DNA of 43,577 bases, filler included, from Jimgerdemannia flammicorona (lineage: Eukaryota), in the NCBI GenBank assembly GCA_003990765.1. It is 2 parts of 2 records of this genome, joined end to end, with 100 filler letters (N's around TTAATTAATTAA, not from the genome) between each part and the next. Parts side by side here need not be neighbours in the genome. Positions count along the whole stretch, not along the records: positions 1 to 21,740 come from RBNJ01001402.1; 1 more part is not named here. One strand, 5' to 3'. Both the position numbers and the translations under genes were made by a program. This document shows, piece by piece, positions 1 through 11,316 of the stretch. Below the pieces are notes generated by a model, which was not told the DNA's origin, made no database searches, and saw only the letters and a list, made by a program, of their open reading frames with translations. Within the stretch, counting starts at the first letter, position 1; the number at the start of each line of letters is the position of its first letter.

Positions 1-979
1 TTTTTAGATGTGTTGAGATGTTTCTATATTATCTTTATATATTTGACTTAGAAATGGGAGACACATAACTCAGCCAAAATGCTCAGAGCTCAGCCAAATG
101 GAGAAATGTGTGACCAATCTAAAAATATTTCAGGTACTGCCGAGTTGTGACTATCGACGCTTTAGACAACCCCTAAGTATGGAACTCGACCTCCTTAAAT
201 ATGCTTATTGTTAACCGGCCTTCCCGCCGTCGATAAACGATAGTCGTTGTCTTCATATTACTCTATAACTTCAAAGCCAATCGAACGCTTACCTGTGACC
301 CTTTCTTGGTTCACATAACAAATAGGAAATTTATTCTGGGAATTGTAACTTTTAGATTAGATCGTTCGCAAAATCGCCGTTCTGATAGACAAGCCAACTT
401 TTTTATTTTATTTTATTTTTTTTATTCATTGCTCGCATACGTAGAGCTATGTAGTCATCTTTAGCTCTTGTCATCTCGACCATTTTTGCGCGTTCCATTC
501 ATCTTTTCAAGTAGTGGTTTCGGCAATCACGCCCAACCTTATCGAACCATACCAGCCGTGGTCTTGAAATCGCCACCGCAATTAGCGTAACTAGGCAAGC
601 CCACTCGGCGTAGATTTTTATGGCCAAACTGTACCGTTCTTAGAAGTTTTCGTGTTTTCCATTAACCATTGTCGACTTTTTTTTTAGCTTGTCGCGTCTT
701 CTAAATTCTTTGTGTTGCGGAATTAGTGAGTGGTAGAGAACTATTCAATGCGCGAGTTTTCTGATGCTGGGAAATACCAACAACAACGTGAATACATTAT
801 TCCCTGGATTATAAGTCGTAATCGGGGATGACTATTGTATCCTAGATCACGTCACATGGTTGTGGGCCATTGCAAAACCCAGAAAACACGTTATTGTTCA
901 TTAACTTTATGGAGTTCCGTATCTCATTCTTGTGGTCACTGAGACAATTCTGTCTTTATTTAATAATCCGGTCAATTCC

Positions 980-1119
980 TGTTGTGGAATGGAGAGAAAG
1001 AAGCGAATTGTTTATTGATACTAGCTTACGCGCTTTTACGCGTGCTGATGACGTTTACAGGATGACGTAGTCAGCTGCGCCACCACATATCGAGTTGCTA
1101 TAACTAAGATATTTCAACA
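980..1119 (-). repeat. Copia 3' LTR (140 bp)
   Basis: TG...CA termini with TGTTG/CAACA inverted ends; matches 17704-17837 except for one substitution, a 1-bp indel and a 7-bp indel. Confidence 0.95.
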
Positions 1120-1130
1120 CTCCCGCTCAA
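1120..1130 (-). promoter_or_regulatory. Copia polypurine tract
   Basis: Minus strand TTGAGCGGGAG directly abutting the 3' LTR. Confidence 0.8.
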
Positions 1131-1516
1131 TGAGATATGTCCCAGAAGTCCCAGAAAATACAAATAAAAGACTATAACATGCAAGAATTAAGCTGCAATA
1201 CTGGAATGCAATGCTGGAATGCTATCTATGTATGGAAAAATGTCTGAATTCTCTACTTATAAGCCAGAAAATAGATTAAGAATATAGTAAAAGATCATCT
1301 ATAGTTGGATGAAACTAGCAATGTTGATGGATGTATGTAAGATATGCAAGAATATAGAGATATGCAAGATGTGGTGGGAGGATTTTTAGAAGTCTGAAAA
1401 GTATTTCATAATCTCTACCAAAATACTTAAATATTGATTATAGATATAATTTACTAATATATAGTTCTTATTAACTTAGAGTTATCTATAAGTTCTATTC
1501 CTTATATACATAAATC

Positions 1517-2119
1517 TAGTACTCTGAATGAGTCAATTTAATCTGGATTGAATTTGGATTGGATTCAGTCTGAATCAACTTAGATGGGATTTGAATCTCA
1601 TCTAAATCAATTCAAATTAACTATTGTTTTGATTTTCAAATTAGACAATTAAATATTTATATAAATAACTCAATAAATAATTATTTAATTTTGATGATCT
1701 TGGTGTCATTTGAAAGCCCTTAATAAGGCCTTTCTAATGATATCAAGAATAGTAAAATCAGATTACACATTGCTAAGCTATTAAAGAAAACATTCTTTTG
1801 AAGAAATTTCCAAAATCAGCAAGTTGAATAATTTCCAAAATTGGCAAGTTAGACATTTTTTTTGATAACTCAGAAATGTATGATCCAATTTCAATGTTCT
1901 TGATATTATTAGAAAAGCCTTATTAAGAGCTTTTAAATGATACTAATATTATCAAAATTAGATAATTATTTATTGAATTATTGATATAAATATTTAATTA
2001 TCTAATTTGGAAATCAAAACAATAGTTTATTCAAATTGATCTGGATAGGATTCAAATCCTATCTGAGTTGATCCAGATAGAATTCAAATCTGATCTGGAT
2101 CAACTTGTTCAGAGCACTA
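1517..2119. mobile_element. Foldback MITE, probably hAT-derived (603 bp)
   Basis: About 270-bp imperfect inverted arms starting TAGTACTCTGAA and ending TTCAGAGCACTA; 8-bp TSD CATAAATC (1509-1516) / CATAAGTC (2120-2127); no ORF. Confidence 0.88.
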
Positions 2120-2127
2120 CATAAGTC

Positions 2128-4692
2128 AAACTTTGCCTTTAGAGGAGCTTTAGTCAATGAATCTGCTATTATATACTCTGTTGAGATATATTTAAGATAT
2201 ATAGTACTGTTTTTTATATATTTATATATGAAATAGTACTATATATTAATATGTTTCATTTCAGTATAATTTATAATATTCTTTACCAAAGCTATTATAT
2301 ACTGATTGTTTTGTTAAAATAGTATAGAGTGCTATTGTTTATATTCTAACTTCTTTAGTAGTTTCTGAAGCTATATAGCTTTCTTTATTACTATTGATAA
2401 TACTTAATATTCTACTTATATAGAGAATATCACTACTGAAGATTACTTATATATTTGCTATGAAATAGCTCTATTTTTGCTGATTTGAAAGAGATATCTA
2501 GTTATAGAGCACTAATTGTCAAGATCTTTGATTCAATCTATATTATATATATTAGTTAGCTTTATAGTACTCCTACTTGATCTATTGTTACTAAATATAA
2601 TATATAGTATACTATATCTGAAAATATATCAGAAAATATATTTAATTACTATTCAATAGGTATTATTATAGCAGAATGAATACTGTACTACTTTGTTGAC
2701 TACAAAAGAGATATCAGGTCTTATTTCTTATATAAGATATATAAGAGATTTTATAGCTTATCAATAGAGGATATTATTATCTTCAGATATAGTATTGCTA
2801 GACTTTTTTTAGCCTTATAGATATTTTTATAAATATTCCAACTAGCTTATATTTATTCATATCAAATTATTTAAATATAGTCCAAATATATGTGACTTAT
2901 AATAGATATATAGTATATTTATATCTATTATATATAATCAATATTTTAAGAAGATAAGATATATGTATTACTTATATTTATTTTCTTGAATTCCTGAAAT
3001 AGTATTATTTTAACTTCATTAATCTTATTTATTATTCTAATCAAAATGATATCATTTATTCAAATTTCTAAATATACTACTTCTAAAATTATATACTAGA
3101 TATATATATATATATATATATTAGCCTTGTAATATTTTAATCTATTATTTAAGAGATATTTATCAATCTACTTATTCTAGAGATATACTACTTGCTTAAT
3201 TCTATATAATTCTTTATATAATTTATATATGAGCTCATTTTCATCATCATTATATATATAATTTATATCTTAGTAGCTAATAGACATATAGCTCCATATC
3301 TATATTACTGTTTAAGAAGGCTGTCTTAATATCTATTTAATGAATTTTATAGTCATATTTGGCTCTGATTATAAGAAGTATTTTAAGTAAAGTAAGCTTA
3401 AATATCAGAGAGAAGATCTTATTATAGTTGATACTAAAGTCTTATAAATATCTCTTTGCTACAAATCAGATCTTATACTGCTCTATACTATTATTATTAT
3501 TATATTTAATTTTATATATCTAGTGGGATTCTATTACTTATCAATTTATTAAAAGAGAAACTAAATCTCATATATTATTCTTAATAAACAAATTATACTT
3601 CTTATCTATAGCTTTTTTTTACTCTTTCTTATTATCTAAATGAATGACTTCATTATAGTTTACTGACTCAATAGTTAATACTATCTAGATATACTTATAA
3701 ATATAATTTATATAATATTTGCTATTATAATGAGATATTTTAAATAGATCTTAATAATCTCCTAAATTTGCTTTAACTTTATTTTATAATCTAGATCTAC
3801 ACTTTTTTTTTGCTTTTTAGAGAGATATCCTTATCATTATTCTTATCTATAATTTCTATAATTCTTAGCTCTAATAGTCTTATTAATATATGTATAAATT
3901 TTACTAGTACTAATATAGATATGGAAGATATCTTTATTGAAATTTTGACTACTTTTTCAGATATAAAAGTTATTCTGCTCATCTTTGAAGTTGGTATAGA
4001 TGTTATTAACTATATTTTCAGATTAGTAAAGATAAGAATTTTCATATAAATTTTCTGCTTAGTTTTCTTAAACTGAATATTGTGAGAGATAACTATATAA
4101 CATTTCTGTAGATTTCATAATCTGTATACTACTCTGTCATATCTAAGAAATATATACTTATTTATCTTAGGCTCAAATTTATCTTCATTGCTACCTTTAT
4201 TTAGAACATAAGCCTTACTTCTAAGTATCTATAGGTATAAGATATCTGGCTTGGATCTACTCCATAATTCCTCAGAGATAAGATTACTATTATTTCTAAA
4301 TTACTATTCCTAGATTGCTGATTATTACTATTTCTGGATTACCAGTTGTTAGATCTACTATATTTACAACTTTAGCCCAAAAAGAATATAGTAAGCTAGT
4401 CATATTTATTATCATTTGAGCTATCTCTACTATTATTTGATTAAAACATTCTACTATACTGTTCTGTTAAGATATATAGAGAGCTATTATAGAGTATTAG
4501 ATACCATACTTCTTCAAGAAGTATCTAAAGACTTTATTAATATATTTATTATTATTATTTAATCATAGAGTCTGTATCTTATATAATTACTCTAAATTCT
4601 TAGAATTTTTCAAATATCTCATTCTTTATTATAAGGAAGTATATATATACTTTATGAGTATAATTATCAATAAAGGTAATAAAGTATCTCTT
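2128..4692 (-). pseudogene. pol: Decayed Copia pol (integrase core, RT, RNase H)
   Basis: Remnant motifs RYFITFIDNYTHKVYIYFL (IN), IDIKTAFLN (RT, ~3310-3340), KHINI.YYFI and IADSLTK (RNase H, ~2145-2260); many stops. Confidence 0.9.
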
Positions 4693-5191
4693 TGTAAGAG
4701 GGTTACTTTTTAGGGTGACCGTTACGTAGTTCTGGAAGAGTTTTCTGGATATTCTGGATATTCTGGAAGACTGTTTTCTTATGGTCAAGATCAATTTTAT
4801 ATAGAGTACGTCCTCTACGCTTATTGATTTCAAGATCGGGTTGACATCTCAACCAAAGTCCTTTTTTGGACTAGTTCTGGATGTTCAGGATCTTCCGTAT
4901 TTCAGGAAGTTCAAGAAACTAAGACCAGCTTAGTTGAATTGGCGTATCGCTGCAGACAATACCCAATTAGGAAATTTCGTGATGGAGTTAGGAGTAGGAC
5001 CTAACAGAGAGCGGATTTACTTAAGAGTGGTTTGTGAGTTATGGAATAGGTTTATTTGCTATTCATGATATTGCTATACTAGGAGTATTTGTGTGAAGGG
5101 ATATTGTGGGGAAGTGCTCAGGAGTTGTGTTCGGATTGTTCAAGTCTTCAAGTCTGTTCGAGTCTGAGATTCTGAGGTCTGGGGGAGGGGG

Positions 5192-5199
5192 TATTTATA
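5192..5199 (-). promoter_or_regulatory. Putative LTR TATA box
   Basis: TATAAATA followed by CCCC on the element strand about 500 bp from the LTR 3' end; same motif in the other LTR. Confidence 0.55.
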
Positions 5200-5388
5200 C
5201 TAGTGGGGGACTATCTGGACTATGCTGAATATGGATGTAGTACTAAGTGCCTTGCTGAGTTGGAATGCAGTCATGTAGTACAAGTGTGATCTGACATGTC
5301 AAGAGATTGTCTGACTGCTGAGTTAGTTCACAGTCATGTCGTACAAGGCTAATCTAAGTATACTATGACTGCTAGGCTATTTATGGGT

Positions 5389-6144
5389 TTAGGCACTATC
5401 TGGGTAGTCTTCGATGACATCACCATTGATTGCATCATCTCTGATGAAGTAGTCATCTAGGAAGAGTGGTTCGCGGATTACTTCTCCTTGTTGGCTGAGG
5501 TAGTAATACATTGGGACTTCATCTCCATCCCACAGGATAGCATCATCTGTTTCGTATGCTGGATAAGGTGTTGGTGGATGAAGGATGGATGTACTGTCTT
5601 CGCTTTCATCGGATTCACTGTCTGCATACCTTCTATAGGTTACAGTACTATGAGTTGCAGGGTTATAGTATGCTGGTGGCTGTGGTTCATGTTGCTCATA
5701 CTCAGGTGGTGGAGTGGTTGGTTCGATCTCGAGGGTTGTCTGAAGGTACAGGTTGTGTTCTCCGGTCTCTTCATTGTAATTGAAGTAATCGGGGGTGAAT
5801 GCAGGTTGGTATTCGTGCCAGTGGTCATTGTCCCAATAAGTCTCGTATGCAGTTATGAACTGTTGCAAGTTCATCGGCAAGGTTGGTGGAGTGATCAGGG
5901 TTGGCAGAGATCCTTGGCTAGAGGTCATGTCGGCATCAGAGGGATTATTGTCTTCTGCTTCATCTTCATCGAAGTGGATTATATCGTAGACGTCCTTCAT
6001 GGCATATCCGACTTGAGGCATTTGTAGGATATGGTCATCAGGGTGCGGGAAGGTTCTGTCTGTAGTTTCGACATACTCGAGATATTTGTGGTTGAGTTCT
6101 TGTATCATGTCATCGATTTGGCTATAGGACAGGGTAGCAACCAT
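5389..6144 (-). CDS. LTR-encoded acidic, Tyr/Pro-rich hypothetical protein (ORF-B, 251 aa)
   Basis: Open in both LTR copies; same sense as the element; two PPxY motifs. Confidence 0.65.
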   Translation of the reverse strand: MVATLSYSQIDDMIQELNHKYLEYVETTDRTFPHPDDHILQMPQVGYAMKDVYDIIHFDEDEAEDNNPSDADMTSSQGSLPTLITPPTLPMNLQQFITAYETYWDNDHWHEYQPAFTPDYFNYNEETGEHNLYLQTTLEIEPTTPPPEYEQHEPQPPAYYNPATHSTVTYRRYADSESDESEDSTSILHPPTPYPAYETDDAILWDGDEVPMYYYLSQQGEVIREPLFLDDYFIRDDAINGDVIEDYPDSA

Positions 6145-6485
6145 TTCGCTGGTAGTGACTCGGAGGCGGGGAATAAAGGTTTGTACTCATAGAAGAGTTC
6201 TCGATGTTTGTGGGCGATAAGCTTTTGGTATTGAGACATCTGGGTAATATCTGTATTGTGGTGGTATTCGACCATGTCTTCTAGGAGGTGGCCAATCTGG
6301 TAGTAGCTTGAGATTTGTCCGATTCGGTGGGCCTCGCTAAGCATATTCAGGGCATTCCATCGGGCTTCCACGAAGTAGAGGGGTGCCAGGCTATGGATAT
6401 TCATGAGGGGCAGAGGGGGTGTGGCTTGGTTGACAATGGCATTCCAAATGTCAGCGCGGATGCGGTTGTAGATCTCAGTGGTCAT
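6105..6485 (-). CDS. LTR-encoded hypothetical ORF-A (126 aa), possibly the frameshifted N-terminus of ORF-B
   Basis: ATG preceded by A/C-rich leader and TATATA (6556-6561); overlaps ORF-B by 40 nt; copy in the other LTR has CGA>TGA and CAA>TAA stops. Confidence 0.55.
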   Translation of the reverse strand: MTTEIYNRIRADIWNAIVNQATPPLPLMNIHSLAPLYFVEARWNALNMLSEAHRIGQISSYYQIGHLLEDMVEYHHNTDITQMSQYQKLIAHKHRELFYEYKPLFPASESLPAKWLLPCPIAKSMT

Positions 6486-6775
6486 GTTTGTGTGTTTTGG
6501 AAGTTGTGGTTGTTGTTTGTTTTGGTTTTCTGATTCGACGTGTCTCGGTGCTCAGTATATATGCATTTGGTCCTGATTGGTAAGGTTCCATTTGTGTAGA
6601 TCTTGTATTCCATGACTTTGTATTGACTCAGCTTTGTGCACTGTGACTTCGGTTTGACTCAGCTTCGTGATCAAGCAGGTGATTTCCAGATTTGTTCAGA
6701 GGTCGCATGTGATTTCAGTGGCTTTGTTCAGAGGGTGATGTGTAATTTTGGTGGCTTGGAGGTTGTGCGCTTACA

Positions 6776-6789
6776 ACTCTCCCCTTCTT
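6776..6789 (-). promoter_or_regulatory. Gypsy polypurine tract
   Basis: Minus strand AGAAGGGGAGAGT directly before the 3' LTR. Confidence 0.9.
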
Positions 6790-7202
6790 AGCTTTCGACG
6801 TCCTCATCGGGGCCTTCTAATTTGTTCTAGTGTTGTTACACCGTTTGGGAGGTCAAAAGTCTGGTAAGGTTCATTTTTTCTCAGAAAGTGGCATGCTCAT
6901 AGTACAGTTGCTTAACGCATTGGATTCACACATTAAAGGGTCATGTGTTCAATGCCATGTGCCGGAAGTGATTCTGATGTCATTCACTGCTGGAGAATTT
7001 CCTCTAAGGAATCTTCTTAAATGTCTACGCCTTGTTTCCCACCAGTGGTACGGGGAGAATAGGCTTGCTTTCAGTTTTGCTATTTTTCCAGAGGGTCGGT
7101 ATTCTTGTCTTGTTTTGCTGAGTTCCTGACTTGGTTCATGATAGTTATAATGTTCGGGAGGATAATATATAGTATGTACGGATTGATGCAGAGTATTTGG
7201 TT

Positions 7203-10200
7203 CTAGTTGTTCAAGAAATCATATTCCTGAACTAGGTTGGTAGCATTCTGAAGATTGGTCTTGGGTTCCCAGGTTGCATCATGGATCGGGTAACCTTTCC
7301 ATTTGACAAGGTACTTAGGATGGTTCTTGTTTCCACATTTGTTGAGGATTTGTTCAACTTCGTACTCTTCTTGGTCATTAATGATGACAGGTGTAGGTGG
7401 TTTGGTGGCCCGATTTGGAAATAGCTCGTCATTATTGTCATTGTATCGCTTGAGATGTTGAACATTAAAGACTGGGTGAATCTTAATGGTGTCTGGTAGT
7501 ACCAGTTTGTAGGAGGTTGGAGAGACTTGTGCAATGACTTCGAATGGTCCAATGAACTTGCTGTTCAGCTTTAGATGGTCTGTGCTTGAGGTTGTCAACT
7601 CGGTATCCTCTGATATCTAGTAGAACTTTTTCTCCAATATCAAAAGTTTCTTCTCGGCAGTGTTGGTTAACATACTGTGACTGTTGTTCTTGAGCTCATA
7701 ATAAATTCTCAATTGCAATCTGGCTTAGATTGCGCATTCGGAGTAGGAATTCTTCAACAGCTTCGACTGTGGAGGGTTCTTCAGTAGTTCGGATAAGTGT
7801 CAAAGGGGTGTTTGGGTTTTGTCCAGTATTAGCGAAGAATGGGGTCATTCCAAGAGAGGCTTGCTTGCTGTTGTTGTAGGCAAACTCAACTGCAGTGAGA
7901 TGTTCATGCCAATCATCTTGTCTGTAGGAGACATAGTTCCTTAGCATTTGTTCCAGGGTTCGGTTCATTCTTTCGGTTTGGCCATCAGTTTCAGGGTGAA
8001 AGGCTGTGGATAGTGCAAGTTTTGTTCCAAGGTGCGCATGGAGGGCTTTCCAAAAGTGGCTGGTGAATTTCGGATCTTGGTCACTAACAATGATCTTGGG
8101 AAGATCATGATGGTGGAAGATGTTGTCAAACAAGAGTGTGGCTATGTCTGGTGCTGTTGCAGTAGTGGTAGTAGGCACAAAGTGAGCTTGTTTGCTGAGA
8201 TAGTCTACAAAGACAATAATTGCATCTTTTCCGTTCTTGGTTCGGGGTAGTTGTACAATAAAGTCCATAGAGATTTGTTCCCAATTTGCAGATGGTACTG
8301 GGATAGGGTGAAGTAAGCCAGGTTTTGCTAGTGTTGAGAACTTGTTTCGTTGGCAGGCATCACAGGAAGTAATGTAAGTTTTGAGCTGATCTGCCATGTG
8401 GGGCCAATAGAAGTTTCGGGAGATAACTTCATAGCATTTGTCAAATCCTAAATGTCCAGCTGTAGGGGCATCATGACATTCGAATAGGATAGTCCTTCTG
8501 AGATCTCGGTTGTTCGGAACATACAGTCTGTCCTTGTAGTAAATAGCATTGTCCTTGAGTTGGTATTGATTGTACTGGGTATGCTTGTCAGCATCATCAT
8601 TGTTCAGGATTTCTCGGAGTGCTTGAGCTTCTTTATCATCAACACATGCCGCAATGATTTGTTCCATGATAGTGTTGGTAACCAGAGTTAGAGTTTGGAT
8701 AACCTCTTCAATTGGTGGTCTGGAGATTGCATCGGCAACAATGTTTTCCTTGCCAGGGCGGTACTGGATTTCGTAGTCAAAGTTGGTGAGGACTTTCATC
8801 CATCTAGCTTGCTTTCGGGAAAGGGTAGCCTGTGTCTTGATGTTGACTAATGACTTGTGGTCGGTCAATACAGTGAAGTGTGCTCCTTCTAGATATGGTC
8901 GCCATTTGATCAGAGTGTCTATGATGGCTAGCATTTCCTTCTCGTGAGTTGCGTAGTTGATTTCGGCATCGTTGAACTTGCAGGAGTGATAGGCCACAGG
9001 GTGTCCTTCTTGCATAAGCACTGCTCCAAGAGCTAGGTCAGAGGCATCAGTAGTAACTTCATATGGTAGGGCAGGATTTACCGCTTGAAGTACTGGTGTG
9101 GTTATCAGGGCATCTTTCAGTGCTTGAAAGGCGGTATCTTGTTCAGGTCCCCAATTTACAAGATTGTTGAAGTCTTTCTCTTGTTTCATGGTCCAAGGTT
9201 GTTCTTGTTTCTTGCTGTACTTGGTCATTTGGGTGAGGGCCATAGCAATTTTAGCAAAGTTGGCAACAAATCGCCTGTAATAGTTTGCTAGTCCCAGGAA
9301 TGACTGGAGGTCTTTCAACTTCTTCGGTCTGGGCCAATCTTTGATTGCAGAGATTTTGCTGGGGTCCACTTTGATTCCATTTGGAGTGACAATGTGTCCG
9401 AGGAATTGAATTTCTTTCAGAAGAAATTCGCACTTGCTGAGTTTTGCGAAGAGTCTGTTTTCTCGGAGTTTCAGTAGTACTAGTTCAAGGTGTTCAAGAT
9501 GTTCCTCCAGGGTTTTGCTGAAGACTTGGATGTCATCAATGTAGACAACAATGAATTTGTCCAGGTATGGATGCAGAATGGTATTCATCAGTATCTGGAA
9601 GGTTGCTGGAGCATTAGTTAAGCCAAAGGGCATAACCAGGAACTTGAAGTGTCTATAGCGAGTTCGGAAAGCTGTCTTATAGATGTCTTCTTCTTTCATG
9701 GCAATTTGCCAGTAACTGTTTCGCAGGTCAAAAGAGCTCATGAATTGTAGGTTGGTGAGCCTATCGAATATTTCATCAATCCTCGGTAGTGGGCAACAGT
9801 TCTTGATGGTCTGTTCATTGAGATCATGGTAGTCAATGCACATTCGCAGGTCTTCTCCTTTCTTGACAACAAAGAGGACTGGTGCACCATAGGGTGATAT
9901 GCTAGATCTGATGAATCCTTGTTCTAGGAGTTCGTTGATTTCCTTCTTAAGTACATCAATTTCTCTCGGAGACATGTGGTAGATTGACTTGAAGGCTGGT
10001 TTGGCATCTGGGATAGTCTTGATTGTATGGTCTACTGCTCGTTTGGGAGGTAGGCCTTTCGGGAGCTTCTTTGGGAATATGTCTCGGAATTTCTGGAGTA
10101 GTGGTCTGACATGGCTGTCAACTTTGGAAAAATCTTCTTCAGAGTTCTCGGGTTCTCCTTTGGATGGTTGGATGAAGATAGTGAAGAGAGGGCATTTCTT

Positions 10201-10836
10201 GGCCAATTTCTTGAGTTGTAGCTTGTTGATGTGGGTGATCTTTGGTCCAGGGTCACTAGAGTTGAGTGTGTCTTTTTCGCCTTGTAGTTTGAAGTTGTGG
10301 TGTCCTTTCTTGATGGTCAGAGAATAGTTTACCCAATCGATCATGGGGTTCTCTTGTTTTAACCATGGAGTCCCAAGGATGATTTTATTGTCAGGAAGTG
10401 GTACAATTTGGAGGGTAACATGTACTTGGTAGTTGCCAATTCGGAAGGGTAGATTGCGGACTTCTTTGCTAATGACATGTGAGGTTCCATCAGCTGTAGC
10501 AACTGCTTGAGTTTGCTGTACTGGGGAGGTGAAGACCTTGAGTCTGTTGGCTGTCTCCTCATTGATGAAATTGTCTGAGGCACCACTGTCTATCATAATC
10601 TTGACAGGTGCTCCGTTGACAAAAGCTTTAAGGGTGAGCAGTTTGTCTGATCCAATTGTGGTGATTTTGGTTGTAGGAGCCTTTCTTCTGTTGATTCTTC
10701 TTTGAGCCAGTTCATTGACACAGGAGAAGCAATCGTCAATTATTCGGGAAGAGTACATTCCAATACCATGAGAGCATCGGCCACTTGGTACATATCCATC
10801 TTCTATCTTCTTGTAGAATTGTTCTTCTTTGCTCAC
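7203..10836 (-). pseudogene. pol: Gypsy pol: aspartic protease, RT, RNase H, integrase, chromodomain
   Basis: IDSGA (PR); [13 protein letters not shown] and YIDDI (RT); TDAS...EKEMLA...TDH (RH); H-x6-H...[19 protein letters not shown] (IN); FIGPF and EEYEVEQIL...YLVKWKGY...TWEP (chromodomain). TGA at 7696-7698 and a frameshift near 7570. Confidence 0.97.
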
Positions 10837-10860
10837 AGTAGGTTGGGCTGGGGCCTTGGT

Positions 10861-11268
10861 TGATGAGCCAAATCCTTTAGATCCTCGGATAGTGGGTAGT
10901 AGTTCAGGGACTTCCTTGATTGTCAGGGTTGACTCGATTTTTTCGAATAGGATCTGGGTGATGCAGAAGCCAATAGGGATCTTGAAGGGTGTCCAACTGT
11001 GATTTCAGATGAGGACAATGATTTCGCCTGTATAATCTTTGTCAATGATTCCTCCTTCTACTGAGAGTCCTTTCAGTGCTAGGCTGCTGCAACAGCATAT
11101 TCTTCCAACATGTCCTTCAGGGATTTGGATACTGATTCCTGTATAGACTTGTTTGACTTCTCGGTTAGAAACAGTAGCTTCTTTGGCTGCATACAGGTCA
11201 TATCCGGCTGCTTTTTGACTTCCTTTAGTTGGGGCTTTAGCAGTTTGTCTTAACTTGACAAAGTCTAG
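10861..11268 (-). pseudogene. dut: Trimeric-type dUTPase domain in frame with gag and pol
   Basis: Manual translation: AAGYDLY, GRIxxx[31 protein letters not shown] (motifs I-V); one TGA at 11005-11007, so the ORF track misses it. Confidence 0.93.
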
Positions 11269-11316
11269 TGTTCTGGTAGTCAGGTTGTTGAGGTGGTGCA
11301 GAGTGGTAATAGTTGC

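Larger units (their letters stand above)
4693..6775 (-). repeat. Gypsy 3' LTR (2083 bp)
   Basis: TGTAAG...CTTACA; colinear with 13295-15377. Confidence 0.97.

Noticed and set aside
1..175. Possible DNA-transposon end (…ACAACCCCTA)
   Set aside because: hAT-like terminus and a composition shift, but the partner TIR and TSD lie outside the window, so it is unsupported
870..1070. 66-aa ORF and other short ORFs in AT-rich or unique regions
   Set aside because: Crosses an LTR boundary or has low-complexity Ile/Leu composition; no motifs
5488..6027. Hydrophobic antisense ORF (179/184 aa) in both LTRs as an env-like gene
   Set aside because: Explained as the antisense shadow of A/C-rich ORF-B; starts at TTG/GTG, with no signal peptide or fusion motifs recognised
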